DNA of 64,000 nt from Octopus vulgaris (lineage: Eukaryota), in assembly GCA_951406725.2 (NCBI GenBank), contig OX597830.1, positions 33,418,001-33,482,000 of the forward strand. Reading direction: 5' to 3'. The notes below the pieces were generated by a model. That model did no database searches. It saw only the letters and a list, made by a program, of their open reading frames with translations, and had not been told where the DNA came from. The first letter of the stretch is position 1; every line of letters begins with the position of its first letter. The translations under genes were made by a program, and so were the position numbers. Shown one piece after another: positions 52,325 to 64,000 of this stretch.

Positions 52325-52900
52325 GATATGGTAATTGGCTGACAGACGATATTCTCTATTGGCACATCTCTGGACAGCTTCTAGCAGATCAATATTCTGG
52401 ACAGGATGGGTGATTAGAAACTGGCGATGCAAACTATAAGTATGGATGTAGCATAGCCATTTATGGGGAGACACAATGGCCCAGTGGTTAGGGCAGTGGA
52501 CTCGCGGTCAGAGGATCGCGGTTTCAATTCCCATACCGGGCGTTGTGTGTGTTTATTGAGCAAAAACACCTAAAAGCTCCACGAGGCTCCGGCAGGGGGT
52601 GGTGACGACCCCCGTTGTACTCTTTCGCCACAACTTTCTCTCACTCTCTCTTTCTGTTTCTTGAGTAACGCTGCGATGGACTGGCATCCTGTCCAGCTGG
52701 AGGGAACACATACACCACAGAAACTGGGAAACCCGGCCCATGAGCCTGGCTAGGCTTGAAAAGGGCGTCGTTTATCGTTTTTTCATAGCCATTTATAGCT
52801 TTAAACAGATAGATGGTCAGAAGATAACAAAGGAAACTCTAAGACATATTTGGCCTGTTTGATATATAGCCTGAGGCAATTGAAGACACTTGCTATGCTT
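52325..52900 (-). pseudogene. CR1-group LINE ORF2 relic split by SINE D
   Basis: After removing the SINE, the minus strand reads LKL*MAMLHPYL*FASPVSN...QNIDLLEAVQRCA, matching the CR1 post-RT motif LY..LVRPHLEYA..VW.P....I..LE.VQRRAT. Confidence 0.75.
52465..52783 (+). mobile_element. SINE family D with 13-bp TSD
   Basis: TSD CATAGCCATTTAT at 52452-52464 and 52784-52796. Confidence 0.92.
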
Positions 52901-52935
52901 GCACCTATACATGTGTATATATGAATATGCATATG

Positions 52936-52992
<57 letters not shown>

Positions 52993-53157
52993 ATGTATGT
53001 GTGTGTGTGAGTGTATCTATCTGTCTATCAATCCATATGTATGTATGCATATGTGTATGTATCATCATCATTGTTCGATAGTGGTCGAGATAGGTATGTA
53101 TATGTATTGCCAGCATAATGTATGGATGATGAATGATGATGTATATATACATACATG

Positions 53158-53463
<306 letters not shown>

Positions 53464-53629
53464 TATGTGTATATATATATATATACACTCTTAAAAATGG
53501 AAATTTAATGAAACGTATTTTTATAACTTATGTATAATTTTCCAAGCTGGAACCCCAACTATCATCATTGTCATTGACCTCATCATCTTCAATTCTTCTT
53601 CTACCTCCTCCTCCTCCTCCTCCTCCTCC

Positions 53630-53666
<37 letters not shown>

Positions 53667-53799
53667 TATCATCATCACCATACCTATTGTTACATTCTCC
53701 TTAATTTCTGTTACAGCTTGTTAAAAACAATAATTATCTTTTTAATATTGTTCGTCTGTATACTCTAATAGAAGCTGTGATGTATTCATTTGTAAGTTT

Positions 53800-53831
<32 letters not shown>

Positions 53832-54141
53832 AACATACATATGTGTGTGCTTTGATAGATATATAGATATATAGAACGGAAAGTAATAATTGCATTAACA
53901 CACGGATATAAGCTTATATATATATATATATATATACATGTTGTACTTGCAATTATGCACGTACACACGGATGCGTAAGACCTTGAACCATGCATGCAGG
54001 GAAGCAGTTTGAGGAAAAATCTATAATAAACATTTTATGTTTGTATGTGTTTAAATATATATACATATAGATGCACACAAACACACATACGTACATGAAA
54101 GGAGAGACGAATTGATAGGTACATGTATCTATCTCTCTCGC

Positions 54142-54182
<41 letters not shown>

Positions 54183-54370
54183 GTGTCTGTATTTGTGTGT
54201 GTTTGTGATTGTCAATGTGTGTGTGTCTGTGCACGTGCATGTGCATGATATTTAGAATTTATTTTGCTTTAATTATTATACTTTTATTTTCTTCTTTTTA
54301 TTTGCTTTGTTTCGAATAATATTGAGTAGAACAAAATAAGTTTGCATATGTGTGTATATGGACACATACT

Positions 54371-54429
<59 letters not shown>

Positions 54430-54526
54430 ATATACATATATATATATGCATATATATATACATATATATATATACCTATGTAATACATGTATATATGTGT
54501 GCATATATATATACACACATATATAT

Positions 54527-54563
<37 letters not shown>

Positions 54564-54866
54564 CATACAGAAATCTATGTATGTATATATGTACATACAT
54601 ATGAATACACATATGTAAATATATATATATATAGAAAGAGAGAGAGAGAGAAAGTGAGTGAGGTCTGAGTGCATAGATTTTTTCTATACTTTTTTATGCA
54701 AAAACATATCTACATGTATATATATGTGCATATACCTATATACACACACAGATATATATATATATATATATATATATCATATATATATATATGTATATAC
54801 ATATATATATATGTATATACATATATATATATATATGTATATACATATATATATATATATGTATAT

Positions 54867-54909
<43 letters not shown>

Positions 54910-55781
54910 GGAAATGAAAATTTATATTTTTTCTTCATTTTTAGCTGCAGAAACCATAATTTCATTAGCACTGTGTTATACCATTTAATACTTTTCTGTC
55001 TCTCTTACCTTTTTCCTTCCCCCCTTCTCTCTCTCTCTCTCTCTCTCTTTAACATTTTTTTTTCTTTTTGTCCAGGATGGGTGTGGGCTTCTTTCATATT
55101 TTCCCTTCCTCACAAGATGCGATTCATAAAATCAAGATGGCCGTTCTCTTTAATTTGGATTTCTTGATGAAGTAAAGAGACATCGACTAGATTTACAATG
55201 AATTCCAACTCCACTGAAGCATAACTGAAATATTGGTCACGCATGTCAGAAACATTCTCTCCATTTGTTTTTTTTTTCCTGCAAAACTTATTTTTTTGGT
55301 AATATTGTTTTTCTCGGTTTTTTTTTTGTTAAATTTCCGTTTCTTTATAATATTTTTCTTGTTTAATTTTTACAGTATTTTATTATTTTTTGGGGGGGAA
55401 TTTTTTTGTCTTTGCTTCTCTTATTTTTAAAAAAAATTTTTGTATTTTACTTTGAATGAATCACAAAAGAATGAATTGCTTCTCTTCTTTTATGAAATCT
55501 AGTTAATATTAATTCAAATAATCGAAAAGAATGAATGAGGGTGGGGCTGGGGGTGGGGGTGTTGTGGGCAAAAAACGATGAAAAAGAAAAAAAATTAAAC
55601 ATCCTGGTTGCAATTCATTTTATTTTTAGTTTTGAACTTTTTAAATTTCTGTTTCATTTTTTACACTATTATTATCACTATTATTATCATTATTATTATT
55701 ACTATTATTATCATCATCACCCTCATCATCATTAATATTATTATCCTTATTATTATCATTATTGTTATTATTATTGTTATT

Positions 55782-55816
<35 letters not shown>

Positions 55817-56112
55817 TACGGTTACTGTTTCTCCACCTTCTCATTTCATTACCACCTTACACCCACACTACCGTTAACACTACTTTACTGTTCTTTTCTT
55901 CTACTGGTTTGTTTGCTTATAACATTTGACATGTTAAAGACAAAATGGGATGTTTTGTGTGCATTCTATACGTTTAGTGCCCACAGAAATAACTACAAAT
56001 TTGGATATATCTGTCAGTTTCTTCATTTTATACTTAATTTTTTTCTTGCAAGTCTGGGTATACATACATTCATACATATATATTCATATATAAGTACATA
56101 TATTCATATATG

Positions 56113-56168
<56 letters not shown>

Positions 56169-56353
56169 TATATATATATATATTTCATATATATATATGC
56201 ATATATATATATATATATATACATATGCATATATATGTAAATATATATATATTCATATGTGTATATATATATGTATATATATATATATGCATATATATAT
56301 GTGCATATATATATATATGCATGTGTGCATATATATATATGCATGTATGTATA

Positions 56354-56520
56354 ATTGAAATTTACAGAAAAGCAAAAGACAAAGACAGGTGTATGAACAA
56401 CAAGCAGATGTATTAGTTTGACACTTGGGAAAGTGAGAAAGTCTTTTACGTTTCGGACCTACTTTCTTCAACAGAAATGAGAGAAAATAAACAGAGAATA
56501 AAAATCTTGTGAATTTGGAG
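56354..56520 (-). mobile_element. TA-targeting hammerhead-like element (CTGTYGA core), copy 3
   Basis: Minus strand ATTT CTGTTGA AGAAAGTAGGTCC GAAAC GTA AAAG at 56443-56478. Confidence 0.7.
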
Positions 56521-56639
56521 ATCCAAAGGGAGAGATGGGGCGGGGGGGGGGAGATGGGAGAAAGATAGATAGATAGATAGATATGCATAGGTGCAGCTGG
56601 GATTGGTGCAAGTTTAGCTGTGGTAACCACAGGCCTTAA

Positions 56640-57115
56640 CAGATAGGCATTTCAAAGTTAACCTTTACTACAAGAAAACTTTAATAGAAAACTTTTAATA
56701 GATGTTCAGAGAAAATTTCATACATGTGCTTCCCCAATATGAAAGACATGATCACTCACTGGCTACACCAAGAGCACACTCCAAACTGTAAGTGTTGTAA
56801 TCCTGAAGCTTTCCCACTCAATTGAGCATGCGTGATCAATTCAATACTTTATAAATCTCAAGTCACAACAATGCTCCAAAATAAAGAAAATCCAAAAGAA
56901 AAACTACATTTGGTTCATGCAAAGGTAATTTTAAGAAAGCTATGCAAACCACCAGTCTTTTTTGTAACACATGGATAAGTTCCAAGGCACAAAGTTTTCT
57001 AGCTATATATGGAATCTGAAGGCCAATTGCATACCATACACAATCAAGTGAAGTATTCACACCATATGTAAATGAATCAAAGAGTTGTAGGTTATGTGTA
57101 GCCAAACATTCTCAC
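56640..57115 (+). pseudogene. Penelope-like retroelement relic (linker plus GIY-YIG endonuclease)
   Basis: With frameshifts and stops: KISYMCFPNMKDMI...CKCCNPEAFPLN*ACVINSILYKSQVTT...YI/GSCKGNFKK/YANHQSF...SSYIWNLKANCIPYTIK*SI...PYVNESKSCRLCV, the typical PLE C-terminal Cys-linker/YIG/C..C pattern. Confidence 0.85.
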
Positions 57116-57151
57116 AGTCGTTTTTGTTCCAAGAACTCCAGATCCCTACGT

Positions 57152-57520
57152 TTACCAACCACATGGTTCCGGGTTCAGTCCCACTGCGTGGCACCTTGGG
57201 CAACTGTCTACTACTATAGCCTCGAGCCGACCAATGCCTTGTGAGTGGATTTGGTAGACGGAAACTGAAAGAAGCCCGTCGTATATATGTATATATGCGT
57301 GTGTGTGTTTGTGTGTCTGTGTTTGTCCCCCTAGTATTGCTTGACAACCGATGCTGGTGTGTTTATGTCCCCGTTACTTAGCGGTTCGGCAAAAGAGACT
57401 GAGAGAATAAGTACTGGGCTTACAAAAGAATAAGTCCTGGGGTCGAGTAGCTCGATCAAAGGCGGTGCTCCAGCATGGCCGCAGTCAAATGACTGAACCA
57501 AGTAAAAGAGTAAAAGAGAG
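57152..57520 (+). mobile_element. SINE family B (5'-truncated)
   Basis: High similarity to 60123-60538. Confidence 0.88.
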
Positions 57521-57998
57521 TTACAGGCAAATTTCTTTTGTTAAACTGGAGGACACCACCCTCTCCATATTAAGACTGCAGTCTCAGAGATTTGGGCCTC
57601 CTTCTCATTGAATTCTGTTGTACCTGCTATATCAATTCTGATTTGAACATCATCCATTTTAATTCTAATTTTGACAAAGGTGACACAATTCTTGTTTTTC
57701 TCTCTTGTTTTCCTTTGTTTTTCCGTTTTACCATTTCAGCCTTTGTTTTTGTAATAAACTTTATCATATTCCATCTTTTACTTTCACATTTCTTCTTGTC
57801 CTTTCTCATGTTTTTTCATAGAAACAGTGTCTTACATGATATTCAACTAAGTCTGGTCGTGTTGTGTATTTCAGCCTGAAGTATTGCTTGGAAGTACAAT
57901 GTATGAAATATACATCTGCCAGTTTATCAGTGTATTCTGTTTCTACAGCATGAACTTAATAGTAGCCTATATCTAAGCCCTGTGTCTATCAAATTATA

Positions 57999-58030
<32 letters not shown>

Positions 58031-58041
58031 TATGTGCGTAT

Positions 58042-58076
<35 letters not shown>

Positions 58077-58089
58077 AACCAAAATTGTA

Positions 58090-58575
58090 GCTGTCGCCAG
58101 TGGCCCCTGACTGGCTCCTGTTCCGGTGGCATGTAAAATGCATCATCCAAATGTGGTTGAATTCCAGTGTTCCCTGATTGGCTCCCATGCCAGTGGCATT
58201 TAAAAAGCACCATCTAAACACAGTCAATGCCAGGTCCACCTGACTAGCTCCCATGCCAGTGACATGTAAAAAGCACCATCTGAACGTGGCTGATACCGGT
58301 GCTGCCTGACTGGCTTCTATGCTGGTGGCACATAAAAAGCACTATGCAAATGTGATCGATACCAGGGCCGCCTGACTGGCTCCTATGCCAGTGGCACGTA
58401 AAAAGCACCCACTACACTCTTGGAGTGGTTGGCATTAGGAAGGGCATTGAGCTGTAGAAACTTTGCCAGATCAGATTGGAGCCTGGTGAAGCTGCTGCTG
58501 GCTCTCCAGACCTCAGTCAAAACGTCCAACCCATGCAAGCATGGAAAGCAGATGTTAAATGATGATGATGATGGC
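58090..58575 (+). mobile_element. Family C retroposon with about 5 internal tandem units
   Basis: Repeated CTGACTGGCTCC(C/T)ATGCCAGTGGCA(T/C)GTAAAAAGCACC units and a (GAT)n tail. Confidence 0.8.
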
Positions 58576-58987
58576 AGTGATGAGGATGGCAATGATGATG
58601 ATGACTATGATGTATGTGTGTGTGTGTATGTAATGGTTTGAGCAGAGCTCTTGTTGAACCCTCAAGCTATGGTGGTGAGGAATAATACTGGTAGGAGCTC
58701 TAACATTTATACACATGGTGTAGCTGACTTGTATCTGAGCACGTAGTTTTATTCAAGTGGGCAGGATCCGAAAAACTTGATTTTCATGGCTCAGGTAGGT
58801 ATCCAAGTGAAGAGATTTCTTTAACGTAGTGCTTTTCTCCATCAAGCATTGCCTGTACCTCTTGCTGCATCTCTTCAGTGTGTAGCAAAAGGTCAGTGAG
58901 CTATTACCTCAACTGGTACTATAGAGATTCTGCCATGAAACGAAATGGTAGATTCTCTAACGCTTATGCATGAGATATTTGGTAACT

Positions 58988-59406
58988 TACTCTTTTACTC
59001 TTTTATTTGTTTCAGTCATTTGACTGCGGCCATGCTGGAGCACCGCCTTTAGTCGAGCAAATCGACTCCGGGACTTATTCTTTGTAAGCCCAGTACTTAT
59101 TCTATCGGTCTCTTTTGCTGAACCGCTAAGTTACGGGGATGTAAACACACCAGCATTGGTTGTCAAGCAATGCTAGGGGGACAAACACAGACATACAAAC
59201 ATATACACACACACTTATATATATATATATACATATATATACGACAGGCTTCTTTCAGTTTCCGTCTACCAAATCCACTCACAAGGCATTGGTCGGCCCG
59301 GGGCTATAGCAGAAGACACTTGCCCAAGATGCCACGCAGTGGGACTGAACCCGGAACCATGTGGTTGGTTAGCAAGTTACTTACCACACAGCCACTCCTG
59401 CGCCTA
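58988..59406 (-). mobile_element. Young full-length SINE family B
   Basis: Near-perfect reverse complement of 60123-60538. Confidence 0.92.
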
Positions 59407-59987
59407 TAATAAAGGGAATGCTTACAGCACCTAGGTTTCCCTAGCAAACCATTTGTCTTGAGTTGTAAAGATGTGTGAATCATAGAAAGAACTAAGTGGA
59501 TGATACTTTATAACATGTTAGTTTATATGAATGATGATACACAGACAAGTAAAAGAGAACCTCAGTGTATAAAAGGTTTTAGGAGTAGTTTGCAAGAAAA
59601 GGGAGTACAGTGTAACATGATGGCAGTTTGGTAAATAAGTTCCAAAGGACCCTGTGTGTATGAAGTTTTGGAAGATGGAGACTTTGGAAGACATGAGCAA
59701 AAGTAGTGGAAGTTGAATTCCAGAGATTGAATTTTATAAAGGTGATGACAAATGATGACAACCCTAGTGGTGGTGAGAGGTTGCATTGTTAGGAAAGGCC
59801 ACTCTATAAACATCGTCGCTGTTGCTGTTGTTGTCATCACCTTTACCATCATCACCTTTACCATCATCATCATCATTACCATCATCATCATTATCATTGT
59901 CATCATCATCATCATCATCATCATCATCACTGTTGTAATCATTATCATCATTGTACATTGATGATGTTGATTAGGATATATGATGTG

Positions 59988-60050
<63 letters not shown>

Positions 60051-60122
60051 ACACATCAACATTTAACATCCACTTTCCATGCTGGCATGGGTCATCCATA
60101 CATACATGATAACATATATATA

Positions 60123-60538
60123 TAGGCGCAGGAGTGGCTGTGTGGTAAGTAGCTTGCTAACCAACCACATGGTTCCGGGTTCAGTCCCACTGCGTGGCGT
60201 CTTGGGCAAGTGTCTTCTGCTATAGCCCCGGGCCGACCAATGCCTTGTGAGTGGATTTGGTAGACGGAAACTGAAAGAAGCCTGTCGTATATATGTATAT
60301 ATATGTGTGTGTGTATGTGTTTGTGTGTCTGTGTTTGTCCCCCTAGCATTGCTTGAAAACCGATGCTGGTGTGTTTACGTCCCCGTAGTTTAGCAGTTCG
60401 GCAAAAGAGACCGATAGAATAAGTACTGGGCTTACAAAGAATAAGTCCCGGGGTCGATTTGCTCGACTAAAAGGCGGTGCTCCAGCATGGCCGCAGTCAA
60501 ATGACTGAAACAAGTAAAAGAGAGTAACAGAGTAAAAG
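60123..60538 (+). mobile_element. Young full-length SINE family B
   Basis: Intact head, body and tail; CpGs retained. Confidence 0.92.
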
Positions 60539-60585
60539 ATATATATATATATATATGTGTGTATGTGTGTGTTTGTGTGTGTGTA

Positions 60586-61002
60586 CTCTTACTCTTTTAC
60601 TCTTTTACTTGTTTCAGTCATTTGACAGCAGCCATGCTGAAGCACCGCCTTTAGTCGAGCAAATCGACCCCAGGACTTATTCTTTGTAAGCCCAGTACTT
60701 ATTCTATCGGTCTCTTTTGCCGAACCACTAAGTGACGGGGACGTAAACACACCAACATCGGTTGTCAAGCAATGCTAGAGGGACAAACACAGACACACAA
60801 ACATATACATACACATATATATATATATATATATATACGACGGGCTTCTTTCAGTTTCCGTCTACCAAATCCACTCACAAGGCATTGGTCGGCCCAGGGC
60901 TATAGCAGAAGACACTTGCCCAAGATGCCACGCAGTGGGACTGAACCCGGAACCATGTGGCTGGTTAGCAAGCTACTTACCACACAGCCACTCCTGCGCC
61001 TA
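60586..61002 (-). mobile_element. Young full-length SINE family B (tail-to-tail with 60123-60538)
   Basis: Reverse-complement match across about 410 bp. Confidence 0.92.
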
Positions 61003-61094
61003 TGTGTGTATACATATATACAAGTACATAAACTGCTATCTCTTTCTCTCTCTGTGTCTTGCATAAAATATACATATATATATATATATATATA

Positions 61095-61385
61095 CATAAA
61101 AACACCATCCGAGCGTGGCCGTCTGCCAGCCTCGTCTGGCACCTGTGTCGGTGGCACATAAAAACACCATCCGAGCATGGCCGTTCGCCAGCCTCGTCTG
61201 GCACCTGTGTCGGTGGCACATAAAATCACCCACTACACTCTCGGATTGGTTGGCGTTAGGAAGGGCATCCAGCTGTAGAAACACTGCCAGATCTGACTGG
61301 CCTGGTGCAGCCTTCGGGCTCCCCAGACCCCAGTTGAACCGTCCAACCCATGCTAGCATGGAAAACGGACGCTAAATGATGATGA

Positions 61386-61390
<5 letters not shown>
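61095..61390 (+). mobile_element. Young family C retroposon
   Basis: Two ~61-bp units ACCATCCGAGC(G/A)TGGCCGT..GCCAGCCTCGTCTGGCACCTGTGTCGGTGGCACATAAAA, then the conserved 3' end. Confidence 0.85.
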
Positions 61391-61445
<55 letters not shown>

Positions 61446-62103
61446 GTATATACGTTTCTAAGTTGAGAGAAAGCAATTTAAGTATGTGAGTGTGTGTGTG
61501 TGTGCATGTGTCGTTGTGTGTGTGTGTGTGTGTGTATCTGTGTGCGTGTGCGAGATAAGTACTCATGTTTTTATAACCACAATACATAAAAATATAATAC
61601 ATCTACATGAAATGCATATACATTTTAATCATAAGTAAAATTAATTGAATAGATTTATGGTACCAAAATGATTTATTTGACAAATATACATTATTAGTGA
61701 CTTCAATTATTTTTGTATGTTCAATGAGACCATCACTGACAGCTGAATACTTACTAATATATGGTTGTGTAAATGTCTATCATCCTTTTTTTCTCTCTCT
61801 TCCTCCTCTCCTCTCTCTGTGCATACGTATCGCTCTGTAGTGTATAAACCTATCTATCTATCCATCTATTAGTGTATACACAAACTCACACACATATTCA
61901 TACATATAGAAATATATCTACATATATATTCATTCATGCATGTATATAATATATACATATATATATATATATATATAAATATATACACATAAATACATAC
62001 ATCCACATATATTTTATATACATATATATGTATATGTGTATGTGTATATGTATATATATATACATATATACATATATATACATATATACACATATATATA
62101 TAC

Positions 62104-62172
<69 letters not shown>

Positions 62173-62468
62173 CATACACACATACATGTTTATCCATCTG
62201 TCTATCTATCTATTTATCATCTATCTATCTGTTTGTCCGTCTGTCTGTCTGTCTGCATGTATGTATGTAAAACACGACTCCAAATTTAATCAATACACAT
62301 CTATAATACCTTTCTATCACAACTTAATCTACAACCTAATTATCATTCAGCAGAGTTCTACTTATCCCAGAAAATCCAAAAACTTTGCAGTTACTGTCAA
62401 TACTATGCTTATTAATGAATAATAAATATATATATATGTGTGTGTGTGTGTGTATATATATATGTATA

Positions 62469-62505
<37 letters not shown>

Positions 62506-63639
62506 GGTATGTTTTTATATATATTTTTATAGGTGCTTGAAAGGCTTTGAGGCAAGAAGTTTGCATTCCAGTGACACAGTTTCCAGCCAGTACCAAAGAA
62601 GGGTACCTTGGGTCAGTGTAGTCCAAGTTGACGAAAGCCTTGTGCGTAGATTTGAGAAAAGGAGGCTGAAAGAAGCCAGGGATTCACAGAGGGGATGATA
62701 GGAGACTAAGAATCCTGGTGGTTTGCCAAGTAAGAGCATGGTTGTCCTTGCATAAAGGCTCATCCAGCTGTGTTATCACTAATCTCATAGGCTCATAGGT
62801 GCTGGTGCCATGTTAAAAAACACCCAGTACACTCTGTAAAGTAGTTGGTGTGAGGAAGGGCATCCAGCCATAGAAACCATGCCAAAACAAACAGGGAGCC
62901 TGTACAGCCCTTCATTAGTCAGTCTAGATAGCAAAATAGTTAGTTTGAGAATTGCATGTCAATATGAGAGTCCCATGGAATAAAGACAAAATGCATGCAA
63001 GAACAGTATTCAGATGTATCCCAGTGCTGTCACTTACGTGCGAATATGACTCAATAGTATTTGTCATACCTTTTTTTTCTAATTCAGTTCTATATTTGTG
63101 AGATAAGGAATTTATATTATGTCTACTGTTGTACATTCCAGTCTACTTCAGGTCTCTTTGTGTTGAACTCGGTTCTTGTATTGGAATTTCAAACTTAACC
63201 CTTTATTTGATCCATGAGAGTACACTGTTCTCATTCTGTTCTCTGTGTTTTGTGACATTCTTTGCTTCAGTTGGTTATTTTTGTGAATTACTTTAGCATT
63301 TTGCCTGGGATGGAACTCAGAACATCTAGGTAAAAGTTAGGTAAAGTTACCTTCTGGTTTCCATGGCACATGAATTCCTCACCTGGACAGGACATCAGTC
63401 CATTACAGGATTATTCATTTTTGCCAGCTGACTGGACTGGAGTAACTTAAAATGAAGTCTTTTGCTCAAGAGCTCAACACATCAGCTGGTCCAGGAATTG
63501 AAACAGCAGTCTTACAACAAGGAATCCAGCATCCTAACCACTAAGCCACGTGCCTCCACCAGAACTTCTAGGTGACTGCACTGCATTAACCAACGTCTTT
63601 ATCTACAACACTAAATGTATTTAGGTGCTTTTATAATAA

Positions 63640-63855
63640 CCCTTTCTACTCTAGGTACAAGGCCTGAAATTTTTGGAGGAGGAAGCCAGTCAATTAGATC
63701 GACCCCAGTAAGCAACTGGTACTGAATTTATCGACCTTGAAAAAATGAAAAGCAAAGTTGACCTTGTCGGAATTTGAACTCAGAACATAAAGACAGATGA
63801 AATACCGCGAAGCATTTTGCCTGACATGCTAATGTTTCTGCCAGCATGCCGCCTT
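63640..63855 (-). mobile_element. SINE family A (alternative-tail subfamily)
   Basis: CTTTCTACTCTAGGTACAAGGCCTGAAATTTT tail plus the family A body. Confidence 0.85.
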
Positions 63856-64000
63856 AGATGCCTTTATAATAACAAGCAAACAAATAGGCACTCACTCATA
63901 TCGCCCATTTTTGACCCAATAGAACATCTGTTGGTGTGAGAGAAGGCTGAACCAAAAGTCGGTTGGTACTCGTTTCGGCTGAGTAGACTGTAACAAACAT

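Noticed and set aside
58090-58410. About 60-bp repeat units as a repeat-spacer array
   Set aside because: They are internal minisatellite units of family C, seen in several dispersed copies.
63030-63100. Minus-strand donor-like sites GTAAGT and GTATGA
   Set aside because: No convincing acceptor or recognisable reading frame.

Overview
AT-rich, microsatellite-saturated eukaryotic DNA. The SINE repertoire and the density of (TA)n/(CA)n/(CAT)n/(AAT)n tracts suggest an octopod cephalopod genome (inference), probably intronic. Nearly all ORFs in the supplied track are translations of simple repeats or SINEs. The window holds dozens of copies of four tRNA-derived SINE families and a (GAT)n-tailed repeat family. 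It also holds a mariner transposase relic, an internally deleted Tc1 element, several MITEs, CR1 fragments and a Penelope-like GIY-YIG relic. The most notable signal is a set of type I hammerhead-ribozyme (HHR) motifs from at least five unrelated short elements. These include a ~390-nt tandem 'retrozyme'-like dimer (50806-51682), a tRNA-head/(AAT)n/HHR chimeric family (3 copies) and a TA-targeting family whose core reads CUGUYGA (3 copies). Every HHR copy carries at least one deviation, so activity is not shown. One plausible minus-strand terminal exon encoding a C-terminal hydrophobic segment (50613-50728) and a few weaker candidate exons suggest a host gene that I could not identify. Repeat boundaries were read by eye and are approximate unless a TSD or TIR is quoted.
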